NCBI RefSeq assembly: GCF_022045235.1
Contig: NW_027266308.1
Location: 22,320,001 to 22,384,000, forward strand
Reading direction: 5' to 3'
DNA length: 64,000 bases
From: Haliotis cracherodii
Lineage: Eukaryota
Under the pieces are notes generated by a model that saw only the letters and a program-made list of their open reading frames with translations, was not told where the DNA came from and ran no database searches. The translations under genes and the position numbers were made by a program. This document shows, one piece after another, positions 27,030 through 39,424 of the stretch (the stretch's first letter is position 1; each line of letters starts with the position of its first letter).

Positions 27030-30000
27030 TCATGGGGTCATCGTTCCTTGTTTTAGTGACTTCAGTTCGACTTTGGCTGGGGGCACAACACCAGATTCCG
27101 ATACCTGGGCCTCTTCTCTCGAGATGAAGAGGAATGCACTGTCAACATAAACCAAGACGTGACAGAAAGTGCCAAATAACCCGGTTAGGTTTCACTAAGG
27201 ACGCTGTTCAGATGAAAGTATACACAAGCACAACTGCATTTGTAACCACGATCCCTGGTTGATTACTGATGACTGTTAAATATTTATTTATTTTTCGTGT
27301 GGTGATGTTTCTGAATATATTTTCATAATCCACAGACCTGGAGCAACATTGAACATTGAGAATAATGATTGCTTAACTTACAATTGGCGCACACGGAGTA
27401 CCATGATATCAAGTCATCAGACTCAACAAGAACAGATTAAGCAAAGTGAATCAAACTACTTCTTTACATTTGTCAAAACTGAATTAGTAAAATTAGTTTG
27501 TCACAAAATATGTGTACAATATATCGATACAGTAACTATTTAAACCAACAAATAATAGCTGATGCTGTGTGAATATATATAAGGCTTTTAAGTGATATAC
27601 AATCAACAAAATATAATCAAAAGGTAATCTGATTGGCTCTATTGTTAAAAGTGGGAACATATAATTCTGCATAACAATCATTTCGTGAATGTTAATCCGT
27701 TATGGGTCTCACATAATACATGCAGCACAGGCTATCCCGAATCCGTCCATTACAATGAAGACCGCACCCCCGAAGGTGTCAACAGTAGCATGGTAGACGG
27801 TGTTGTACATCGTCTCCGACAGCGCGTTAGAGATACTTTCCATGGCGGCCATACTGGAGAACAGAGCACCTGCAAAAACATGGTAAATATCCCAGTCTAT
27901 CATTTTGTCAATGCAGGCAATGAACAATTTATTTGTTATATTATCATCCTTGGTGTAATGTATACACTACATTTATTAGTAAAAATAGCATATGTTGTAT
28001 CTGTCAGGATCGGTACACCTCGACGTCTTAAGTCGTTTTCTCTCAGCTAGATAATATACTAGTCCGCAATAAAAACGCAGTTCTGTTATTGTGGCACTGT
28101 TGCTTTTGAACACGAACCTTGCCTTGTCTATGAAACAAAATTAAGATGATAATCGGAACTGCGTTTTTAATGCTTGTAAGATTGGGTGGTACAGTCACCA
28201 TGAATGCTCGTCTCTAGTTTTGCTTCATTAAATGTACTTGATGTGACGTTAATGTGATATTGGTATCTTCTTCATAGCATCCATTAACAGGCTTATAAAA
28301 GCCGAAAAGCAAACCTTGAAAGTTGAAAGACATTCGCTCCTAATTTTGAAGTTTTATCAATTTTTCCCACATAGTTTTCAGATGATGTCTGACAATTAGT
28401 CTTCAATAAAGAGGTTAAGGACTACACGAGTTAAATTACGGCATATCTAACGCTCGAATCTCTAAAAGTAAGTCTATTGTCAACCACATGGACAATCCGG
28501 ACATGGCTGACGCATGTTTATCATCTCGATCGGAGGCTGGGACGCCCTCCGTCCATAAAAGAAATAGGTACAACACATGACTCTTGTCAGATTCTCAATT
28601 TTTGGACTCAGTCTGAAGATAATTGGGATGGATGGCTTTCCTGATGTCCGTTAAAACTGGCGGTGTCTTTGGTTTCGAAGTAATACGAGTTACCTCCCTT
28701 CCCCTTATACTTTCCCTTATATCGACGTTTGATTGATCGGTAAAATGTTAATGAAAATCAAGGGCTGGTAATTTGTGATTGCAAGAGCCATGAGAATGGA
28801 TGCAGGGGTTAGTGTAAGTTTACAGAAATGCTAGCCCTGGACATGTAGAGGATGAATTATATGGGACCCCTGACTACTCTATGGCACATCCTGGATAAGA
28901 TTCGGCAAGGGGAATCCCCACATGACATTGCCATTTTGAAATGTTGTGTATTGTTGAGAAAACAACCTGATTACAGGGACAAGCTCATGTCTCATAATTT
29001 AAACAAATGATGACATAAACTTGTCAAATTAACAAAGAATATTAACAAACAAAAAAAAGCTCTTGAAACATGATGCTAGTTTGCAGTCGGCTTGGGAATG
29101 GGAAAGTTTGGGGGACAGTTTCTATGACACCCTCTTGAAAGAGGTCATACGCAAAACAAAAGACAAACTCATTTTTGAGGCAAAGAAAAAATCGCTTGGT
29201 TTTGGATCTATTTAAAGAGATTGCTTCCAAGTCCAATCAGCCCTTTCCTGCTGTGCCCACGGTGCAGATTCATGGTCCGAGCCAGCTTCAGCAGACCGGG
29301 TAGTCACACAACTAGAGGCAGAAGAGGTCGTGGCCGAGACGCCCAGAAACAGAGATCTAGACATCCCTATTCTACGTGGGAAAAACCTTTGTTCCGAACC
29401 CATCATAGTAGTGACACAATTGTCTTCTATGATGTCAATGCAAGAGTTCCAACCTCTAAAACGGCTTCAGGATATTTTCAAGATATCAGGCGACCTCAGA
29501 CTTCCAGCAGAGGCAGACTAAGATCAGTTAGCGGCTGATTACGTCAGACCCTTGGGTTCTCGAAACTGTAAAAGTGTTCAGATTCCCGTTTATTTGGACT
29601 CCCTTTCAGAACCCACTGCCCCCAAATATGTGAGTTTGATATTCATCGTTCTAAAGAGGGATGGTGACTACAGACGAAACGACTTTATGGGCAAGTTAAA
29701 CCTGAAGGACGTTTATCATACCGTCCCCATTGCAACAGATCTCAAGAGCTCACAAAACTTCCACTTCATTAGGCTTCCGTTCGCCGCATCCCCTCAAGCT
29801 TTCATCAAGCTGCCACAGCCAGTCGCATGTCTCCTGACAAGGGCAGGGTGGATATACCTGGATGACATTTTCTGCTTGGACCTGGGCTTTGTCATAAAAA
29901 AGTCAGACGAGTGCTTATCCCACCATTGCAAATAACCTTTCTCGGTTTCAAGATAAACTCACAGACTCTCTGAGGAGAAAGTGACAAACATTATCTCCAC

Positions 30001-33000
30001 ATGCCACAACCTAATCAGGAATAATCTGGTGTATAGTCGTCAACTCGTCAGTTTCTTCGGGACAATACCCTCCTCAATGATAGCAGTAATCCCTGCTCAG
30101 CTTCACTGCTGGTACATGCAGATGCAAGACTACCATATCTCAGAGAACTGCAATGGTGGTCAAACAACCTAGCAATGTTAATCGAGAAACCGATCCCAGT
30201 GACTCATCCCGACTTGATCTTAGAGACAGATGCGTCAAACCTCGGCTTGGGGGATGTCTGCCAACAAACCCGCACATGAGGACGTTGGTCCCAGGACAAG
30301 AGCAAACTTCACATAAATGCTCTGGAGCTGAAGGCAGTTTGGCTAGACGACCTAGTTTTCAAGATTCTCTGTCGCAAGCACATAGAGGTTATGTGAATGA
30401 CCAGCGAGGTACACGTCCGACTACCCTCCTCGTGATAACCATACAAATCTGGGAGTTGTGTCTGGGAAAACACTTGAACCTGTGTGCTATCTATCTCCCG
30501 GGAGTGGAGAACATTGAGGCAGACAGGGCTTCCAGCTGGATGAGAGCAACTGGATGCAACACAGCTCTCTGTCCAGTCCCCTTTCTCCTAGAAATGTTGG
30601 TGGAAATCCCAATCTTACTTCCCCCTACAGCAATTCTGCTGACGACGCCCCAAGGGCTGGTTCACCCATTAGTATAAAAGGTTACAGCCTTCGAAGGTTT
30701 CTGAATGGGAGTCATTACAACCTGATAAATTGATAAATGTATTGTTGTGACTACTTAGACTTAGAGTATAATCAGATTTTCTTTTCTTCCTGTGGTCACT
30801 AGAGTGGACTCCAGGATGATGTCAAACCTTCATGAATATCTCAGTCGCCCACCGTGATATTGCTGGAATATTGCTAAAAGCGGTGTAAAACCATACTCAC
30901 TCACTTATGAATATCTCAGCGCCCCGACCAGTCTCGGACCCGTTGAACTTCTATCGCCTTTCAGGACCACCTCCGTGGTCTAGTGGTAGAGCGTCCGCCC
31001 GGTAAGCGGAAGGGCCGGGGTTCGATCCCCGGCCGCGTCATACCAAAAGACATCAATAGATGGTACTTGTTGTTACCCTGTCTGGCGCTCGGGATTAAGG
31101 GAAGTAAGGGACTGAAACAAGGACTGGTCGTCTCGGGATCAGTATACTGGGTCTGCGTGGGGTATTCGTGTTAAACTGCGGCATGGTATCTCAGTGGGCT
31201 AGCACTATAAATCGGCATCAGTCCGGACTTGTACAAATGGCCGCACACACGTGCATGCACGTCTCTATATAAGTGCAATAATCCTGGACGCGGAGTTAAA
31301 CCCAATTTTACCCAACCTCACTTTTCGCGTTTCACATTCAATGATTTGTTAATTTAGAAAAAGAAAGAATAAAAATGTTATTGACTTAGGTACCAATATC
31401 AAATCTACTACGTTTCCCTTTAAAATGAGTATTTCACCTCCATCTCCACACACTTCGTGTGCCTGCGGAAATTATCAAAGAAGCATTTTGGTACCTAAAG
31501 ACGGTTGTTAAAAAAATGTGAATTCAAATATAATGTTCGGAAAGATGTCTCTCTATTTACCTTGTTCCAGCGGTGACGTCATCTTCGACATGGTTGATCG
31601 AGCAACAGGAGAAACGGCGAATGTTAAGAGCGAAATCACTGGGACTGCAAAGTGAATATTGATTTATAGCATATGACGTATCAGGCAAAATTGTTTGTTA
31701 TCTATACTGAACAACAAAAGTTCTTGTGACATTGAATAAGATTTAATGCAAAGTTATGTATTTTTCCAAATCTGAAACAATTTCGGTTTGCAACAGATAA
31801 AATATTCCTGTTAGTGTTCAAATGGTTTAATTTGCCATACTGACTTAAAAAAATGCGTGATTTCATTAAAAAAACATGAACATGCCAAAATGTCAATTTA
31901 CAAATCAAAAGCATGTGTGTCCACCTCTGGTTGCGATGCAAGCAACACATCTTCGTCTCATGGAATGGACCAGGCGTCGCACAAAGTCCTGTGGGATATC
32001 TGTCCATATCTGCTGGAGCATGTTTCCAAGTTCATGGAGTGTCTGTAGAACACGTGGTTGACGTCGAAGGCGCCGATCCATCTCATCCCACATGTCGAGG
32101 GGAGCGAGTCGGCCAGGGGATGACATTCACGTTATTTTGTTGAAGGGAATCCTGAACAAGTTGAAAGGTAATGCCTTGGCCATGACGACGCAAAAACGGT
32201 AGAACTACAGGGCCGACGATCTCGTGCCGGTAGCGCTGTCCATTGAGATTACCCTCTACCACTTTCAAACGGGTCCTCTGTCTTGCTGTAATCCCATCCC
32301 ATACCATAACGCTGCAGCCCCCGAACCGATCTTCTTCCATGACACAATGATTGACGAAACGTTCACCTCGACGTCGGTAAACTCGAATCCGTCCATCGCT
32401 GTGGCTGAGGTGAAAACGAGACTCGTCAGTGAATAGAATTTGTCCCCACTGCACGGCCGTCCAGCGTATACGCTGTCTTCACCACTGTAGACGTGCTTGA
32501 AGGTGGTTTCCTGTCAAAATGGGACGTCTGGCGGGTCTTCTGGCGGGTCTTCTGGCGACAGTCCCTGCACATCTTAGGCGACGACGTTCGGTTTGAGAAG
32601 ATATTCGTCGAAGGTCAGGGATGCTTCTTGCAGTCACTGTTGCTCCCTGGACTCGATTTCGTAGGTGTGTTGTTCGAATCCAGTTGTCTTGTCGATTATT
32701 GGTTACGCGTGGCCTCCACTCCGACGATGGTCTATGACTGCATTCGTCTGTTGCCAACGTTGCCATAAACACCAAATGGTGTTTCTGTGGACGTTATATT
32801 GTCTTGCAACATCACCTTGACTTGATCCTGCATCAAGCATGCCATTGGCTCGCAGACGCTCATTTTCGGACAGGCGTGGCATTTCGTAAAGTTGAATAAT
32901 TGTGTAATTTTATTGTTTTTCTGAGTGGTTTGTGTCAGAACGATGCTAAACAATGCATATGGAATCCCGTTAACGCAAATGTTTTTATATCCTTTCTTGG

Positions 33001-35389
33001 GCAGTGAAATGCATGGAATGCATGCTTTTTTGTAGCAGTTACGCTTTTTCGACTTGTTTCCAAACATGTACTACAACATTGAAAACAAAACTTTACTTGT
33101 TTGAAAGATACACTAAAATATTGGTGTCACAGGAACTTTTGTTGTTGAGTATAATTCCAATAAATGGCAACAATGATGACTCTTGTGAAGGAAAAAGAGA
33201 CTAGAGTATTTATCAATTGTCATGTAACGTACATGTAGGTAATATCACCTTCATTTACAATAAACATCTTGAATCCTGAAAACTAGAGTAAAACGGGCAA
33301 GGATTTCGTTACTCAAATTAGTATAATGGGTGCAAGGACCAACGTGGCCGCGAAGTGAAGTTAACCCTAAGCCTTTAGCATTTTCACGTTGTTACATCTT
33401 CATTGCATGTTACACCAGCCTGTAAATATTCGAGTTTGTGCCAAACAATTCAGTAACTGATATAGGATTTAACTATCCACGCTCTCGGAATGACATGCAA
33501 TAAGGTTATTGTAACCACCCGTATCCACATTGTGTCATTTTGTTTCCCGTAATCTAAAGAACCCCATGGGATGTTTTAAATGCCACTTCTATTTGGAAGT
33601 TTGTGTCAGTGAGTCTGGGTTTCGCTTCGTTTAGCTTTATGCCAGCCATGTCACGGACACCGCGAACAGACTGCAAGCAATGTACCTCTCTGGGGAATTC
33701 AAACTAGGTCTTAAATATGAATATACACAAGCTTATGAATTCTTATATATGTACATAAAAGCAACGAAAACCATTTCCATAACCCATAAGAAATCTATTC
33801 CGATTCCAACTGTGTCATGAGCATGTGTTCATGAACAGCTATCAATAAGTGATGATACCAGGTGTTCGCGATAAGGCGAGTTATCCTGGCCCACTGGTGG
33901 GTCCAGTCACAAACACACGCAAACGCAAGTCAAGTATTCACCCGAACAAACATTGGAACATAAGGTTCAAGTCAATGTAAGGAAATAGAAAGTTGTTCAT
34001 GCTCAGTTCAGCCTCATAAGAAAAAATGTCGCACAAAATGCCACAATGAGTAAAATATCTTCCGCAATATAATCATACGTAGAACAGGTCATTGTGCCCT
34101 GTATTAACATTTATAAATGAAATATCAGTTGCACAAAATAAATATATAATACTAACCTACGTAGAGAATGGTTGACATCTATAGTTATGCCACTATAGAT
34201 GTCAATGATGAATTTATGTCCAATGTCGCGGTATGAATGTAAACTTACCTAAATACAGCATCCAATCGTTGACAGCCAGTCCTTCCATCACGAAGGATGC
34301 TGCGCCGAAAGCAACTCCTATCAACGCAATTGTCATGTCTCGGAAGCAAGGCTGTAAAAGCTTGAGTCCAACTAGGCTACTTACAACACTGAAGGACAGT
34401 CTGATTGCACCATAGTAGCCGATTTTCAGAGAGCTCCAACAAAATGGCTTGTCTAATTGATACAAAGTTTCTACATTTGACCGTCCAAGCACTTGGAATC
34501 CTCCAAAAGTGAATATAAGGAGTGCTAGTATATACATGGCTCGCTGTTTACCTGAGCCTCGTGTGAAGAAGAATCCAAAAACCTTCTTGATGTGTGGCAT
34601 TGGAGACCACCGTTTCTCCATCTTATTGGTCATAGTTTCAGGCAGGAGTGTTATTACCAAGATCAGTCCCAGACCAAAGATGGCGGTAATCATTATCGCA
34701 GCGTACAGGTAGTTGACCCTATGTATGATGAATCCAACGGCCAATTGACCAATAGACCCTGCCACAGCAAAGCTACCCTCCACCAGAGCTATCATGACAG
34801 TGCGTTTCTTTCCAGGCTCAGTCACATCTGCTGTGTATGCAAACACAGCCAGGAGATATCCGCTGAACGATCCAGTGAGACCCTCCAAAACATAGCCCAA
34901 ATATAACCAGCCAAGGGGAAATCGAAACGCTATTACAAGACACAACATTGTTCCTTTTAGGACAGCCCCTAGGGTAGGTATACAAAATAGGAATTTCCGG
35001 CCAAGGAAGTCGGAGTAGGATCCAAAGACTAGGTTGATGAAGATGGACACAATGGATCCAGAGAGTGATAAGTACAGCAGGATATCCGACGACTGTTGTT
35101 GGATGTTGATTCCAATGAGATTGTCATGGTTGCTTTTATTTCTGCTGCAAGTGTTTCCAGTGCTGAAACTTTCATTTGGGTTGTTTGTGTAAGACTCAGC
35201 AATACGCTTCCGGATGAACTGGCTGAGGAGTGGCGAGAAGGATATGAAACCAGACATATAAACCACCGCCACTATCCCGCAAGTCACCATGGCCCTTAGC
35301 AAGGGCACACTCTTGGCATCATTATAATCGACATCAATAACGTTTGCTTTGGAGCTACCAGCCTTTCCCATACTGCTCATGTTTAACAT
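27030..35389 (-). CDS. G4: SLC46-family MFS transporter, recent paralog of G2/G3, ~496 aa
   Basis: Exons 35389-34249, 31644-31561 (84 bp), 27869-27713 (157 bp), 27138-27030 (TGA); GT-AG, in frame. Introns expanded by Tc1, DIRS and SINE insertions. Confidence 0.9.
29540..30680 (+). mobile_element. DIRS-like (tyrosine-recombinase retroelement) RT/RNase H remnant in G4 intron 2
   Basis: KLNLKDVYHTVPI, LPF..SPQAFIKL, IYLDDIF, LGFVI; RNase H-like TDASNLG, HINALELKAV, YLPGVENIEADRAS; terminal HPL motif; many frameshifts. Confidence 0.8.
30845..30906 (+). mobile_element. 5'-truncated SINE/LINE tail
   Basis: Tail only (CCGTGATATTGCTGGAATATTGCTAAAAGCGG...ACTCACTC) between 13-bp TSDs ATGAATATCTCAG. 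Confidence 0.75.
30965..31321 (+). mobile_element. SINE family 4 in G4 intron 2
   Basis: A box TGGTCTAGTGG, B box GGTTCGATCCC, body GTCATACCAAAAGAC...GCACTATAAA; homologous to 21744-22123. Confidence 0.88.
31705..33151 (-). mobile_element. Tc1/mariner DNA transposon, defective, in G4 intron 1
   Basis: 27-bp TIRs TACT(G/C)AACAACAAAAGTTC(T/C)TGTGACA and TA duplications (31703-4, 33152-3). Frameshifted transposase ~32882-31905 (MPRLSENERLRA, ILFTDESRF, DRFGG.SVMVW, WDEMDRR); the second catalytic-Asp motif (QDNA..H) appears deleted. Confidence 0.93.
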
Positions 35390-36079
35390 GCACTATGGTG
35401 ATGCATCAGTTAGCTTATCGGAACAGTCCTCAACAACCAAGGTTATCACGTGAATGCAACGGTGTTGATAGATACGTTCAAAACATGGAACACCACGCTT
35501 TCATCATGTGATGGGGTGATAGTAGTTTAGTAACGTCGTCTTCTGTGTGTTTAAATACTTATCATGTCATGAATGTGGTAGAATGTATGACAAATGATGC
35601 TACCTCAAAGATATGAGTAATTAATTTGCGTTGCATCTCCTCCAAGTAAACTCAGTATCGCCCGTACCGGAAACACAAATGCGCTACATTTGGAATGAGT
35701 GAGTGAGTTGGGTTAAACGCCTCGTCGAACATTATTTCAATAATACCACGGTGTTTGGCGGAAGTTGCAGATCCATGACGCTGATGACGTAGTGATGACG
35801 AAATATTATTCATAGTCAGGCAAAACATGACACAAACCCAAGATTAATAGATTCTATCGTCATCTTCTGGGTATTTAAATACTTATCATGTCATTAATGT
35901 GATTAACTGTATGATAAATGATGTTATCGCAAACATATGGGCAATTGATTTGCGTTGCATCTCCACCAAGAAAGATCAGTATTTTCTGTGCCAGATACAC
36001 AAATGTGATACATTTGGAATGAATGAGTGGGTGAGCTTCGAGCAGTGTTTCAGCTATACCACAGTGTTGGAAAAGTTGA

Positions 36080-36750
36080 AACAAAGTGGATGATGTGTGG
36101 CTTGATGCCATTGCTGACTCTCCTGCTGGCCCTAAAGTGACTGCCTTCATGGACTACGTGACAACCTGTTGGGTTCAAGGAGGGGCCTTCATGCCAGAGA
36201 TTTGGAACCATTTCGAAAACCAAGGCCACCGTACCAACAATCACCTGGAAGGGTTGCACAACAAGATAAAGAAACTTGCCAAGAAGTGCCACCCGGACAT
36301 CTACGAGGTAGTGAAGCTATTTCAGCGAGAGCAGTCACTCAAAGAGGTTGCAGTCCTTAGACTCTCACACCAGTGATCAGAACCTTCACGAAGAAAGAAG
36401 AACAAGGCAATCGATGCACGTATTGCGTCCCTCAAGATCCAGCTCCTGAACCCACACCTGAGTGAGATGGAATATGCTGACCACGTGGGCGACCTCCTTC
36501 ATCTGCATTATGATATTCATATGCTATTCATATTCATCAATGTAAAGTTTTGATGAATATGTTATCCTTGTTGAATAGAAAATGAGAAAATGAAATTATA
36601 TACGGTAACCTGTTAGAATCACAAAGCATGTTTTGACAGCATAGCCGCGAGAGCCACATTATACAATCACGCAACCATAACCATTGCCGCGAGAGCCACA
36701 TCAATTTGGGCTATCTATTTTCGAAATGTGGCTTTGCCGGCCTGTAACCC
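36080..36750 (+). mobile_element. 5'-truncated Mutator(MULE)-like transposase C-terminal fragment
   Basis: ORF 36086-36376 has FMDYV..W, WNHF, RTNNHLEGLHNKIK, HPDIY typical of animal MULE-type transposases. Subterminal repeats GCCGCGAGAGCCACAT at ~36644 and ~36686. It interrupts a locally duplicated flank. Confidence 0.7.
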
Positions 36751-37108
36751 TTACAAACAATGATTCATAGTCAGAACAAAACCGTGATTCGAATCCACGA
36801 TCAGTGGCTGCTTGGGCTAAAGATGTGTATCAGTAACAGAACACCAATCACCATTATATAGCAAGACATACAATTAAACAAATAGAACTATAAAACTTTT
36901 TCAGCTGCATTTGAAGAAGTCATTATACGTGGGGATTAAGGTTTGACGCTGTTGATACAGTATCATCTATGTCTTAGCTGATATTAAAAACATATTCCAC
37001 AGTTCGTAGGGAAGTGAAGTATCATCATACATTGTACACGTGTATATGAAGTTCATGTTGATCTTCTCAAATGGCAAACTGATACTTTAAATCATTAACT
37101 GCCAGGTA

Positions 37109-37806
37109 GGGCCAGGTTCACACAGTGCCGATTAAGGCTCCCGTTTGAGATCAGACAGGGCTACGGCACGAAAAGTGACAAAGTCGGACTACTGTCCTCA
37201 ATGATCTGGAATGTCCTATCATTGTCTGAACGCAGTCGTATAGGTACGTAACAGAGTCCTGCGGATCGGGAAAGATCCAGAGAGGTCGGCCAAGCACTCC
37301 CGACAGTATGGTGCGTCCCGTAACATTCGGGAAACTCGTGACTATGTCGTGACAGATTCTGCTGTATCGGATCAAAATCGTAACAATGTCCTGTGTTGTC
37401 TGGATGGTGTCATGTTGATCGGGACTCTGTCGTGATGAACGGACATGAATTGTTCATTGCCGTTTCTTGTTGATTGAGTACCGATTGCGTCTTTGTCGGT
37501 TCACTGTCCGGTCACTGTTGAATCTCTGTCGGATCGCATTCGGGGAATCGGGACTCTGTCGGGACACATTCGGTCGTTTTTTACCATGCGGCAGATACAA
37601 ATCGGATCAGATTCAGATTGAGAATGGGAGAATCGGGACGAATTCGGCTGGAAACGGCTAAATCGCGGCGCTTCCTGAACAATATCTGATTTTTTGTGAA
37701 TTTCCCACCACAAATCACAGGATCTTGATCAGACTTTTGACAAATATTAAGAGGGAATGGTCCTTCCAAGGACGGCAGTTAGAATCCGGAATGTGTGACT
37801 GAGCCC
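37109..37806. mobile_element. Non-autonomous DNA transposon (MITE)
   Basis: Imperfect TIRs GGGCCAGGTTCACACA / TGTGTGACTGAGCCC flanked by TA; absent from the homologous sites at ~3725-3750 and ~22225-22250; GC-richer than flanks. Confidence 0.65.
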
Positions 37807-39424
37807 TAAAAGAAATTATACACGATATATCAAATTAGATTTGACCCAAAAAATACAAATGTTCACATGAAAGCGTTAACTGGCTGAAAACAGTCGCCGA
37901 AACACTTCGAACTTCACAGAACTATGATACAATGATACCTAACTATGAACAACCATTTCTTATCATTTTTCACAATTTTTTGACATGGGTGTATACATTT
38001 GTTTGTCCCGTTGTTTTATTTTTTTCAATATATTGACTCGAAGAGGGAACACAAAAGAAGGTCGTTTTAGTTTTCGTTTAATAAAGTCATCTATAAAGAG
38101 ATCGATTAGGACGTAAACTTCAAGATTACTAGAGAACTCTTTCTTTAACTCTTGGTGAGGTTAATTTTACTTTCTTTATCTACATCCTGTGCGATGTCAG
38201 ATATTATAGATTTCCTGGTTTTTGCTAAGACTCGGTGAGAATAATTGAACATTTCAAAATAGACAGGATCTTAACGTTGCATCCTAAGTGTGGTTCCTCT
38301 CCCCGGTAACCGTGTTCGGGGACGGTTATCATGTTGTGTGAGTAACGGGTCTCTGCCGCTATCGCCATTCCAAGGGTTCACTGTAAATGCAAGGTTATAT
38401 CACAGGACAAACAGCGGTTGTAGAAGACCATGTCTTTGTGTCATTGTAAGAGAACAATTGTAAGAGTTATAATTTATTGATGAATGCATACTATACAAAC
38501 ATGGGCATTGTACGTGGCAAATGATCAGAAAGTTTGCAAGGAAAAACGCCTAACAGCTGACACCGAAAACAACATAAAGATACATCCTTCATTGAGATTG
38601 TTGCAGAAGGTCTCCATTGTGTGGAACTAGTGAACATCATCCAACTGGCATCTAACGAGAACGCGTATGGCATTTTATATAATACCCACGTTCCATGTCT
38701 ATATAAATAACAATAAAGGACCACATATAACTGAAATCATATAAGTGAATGAAGCAATCACTGGATTGTCTGGTTCAGACTCGATTATTTACATATAGCT
38801 ATTGCTGACTGTGTCGTTAAGCAATTAACAAAGAAATACATCAATGTCTGATGGAAATCGTTGCCTACTGTTTAATATGTAGCCATGAAGCATCATCAGT
38901 CGCGACTGAAGCCACGGGTTCGAATCTCAAAGTAGGTACAATGTGATGCTCAGTCTTGGTGTCTTCCGTCATGTAACGGTTGAAATGATTTTTGTCACTC
39001 AAGCATTTCTGTACATTTAGCGACCCCCCAAAGGGTGATTTACATTTCAACCATCGAGGAGTTAGTCAGAGCGTTGACTCCATGTTTAAAACACATGGGC
39101 TACGAACGTGATGCTCTTTACAAAATAATGCATAACAAAGAACCAACGCTTACTCCCAGGTATTCTAAATAAAGTCGTCCAACCTCGGCGCCTATACAGG
39201 CAACAACCCGTTGCAACAAAATGACCAGAACACATTCTAATGGCGCCAATACTGATAGTTTCTGTTTTCACGCTGCATGTGTTCAGAATGATCTAAGAGA
39301 TGCGTCATTTCAGATCGTAGAACTGTCCAGGTTTATGACACAAAAACCAGTTGGGTGTAAAGGACATCTTCACTAACTTCTATGCGAGCACTGATAGTGT
39401 TGAGCACGTGTATGTGTTTGAGTA

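Noticed and set aside
8174-35389. G2/G3/G4 as pure haplotype-duplication artefacts
   Set aside because: Three copies exceed two haplotypes, introns are clearly diverged and each carries private TE insertions. It cannot be fully excluded for one pair without read depth, given the gap at 14744-14890.
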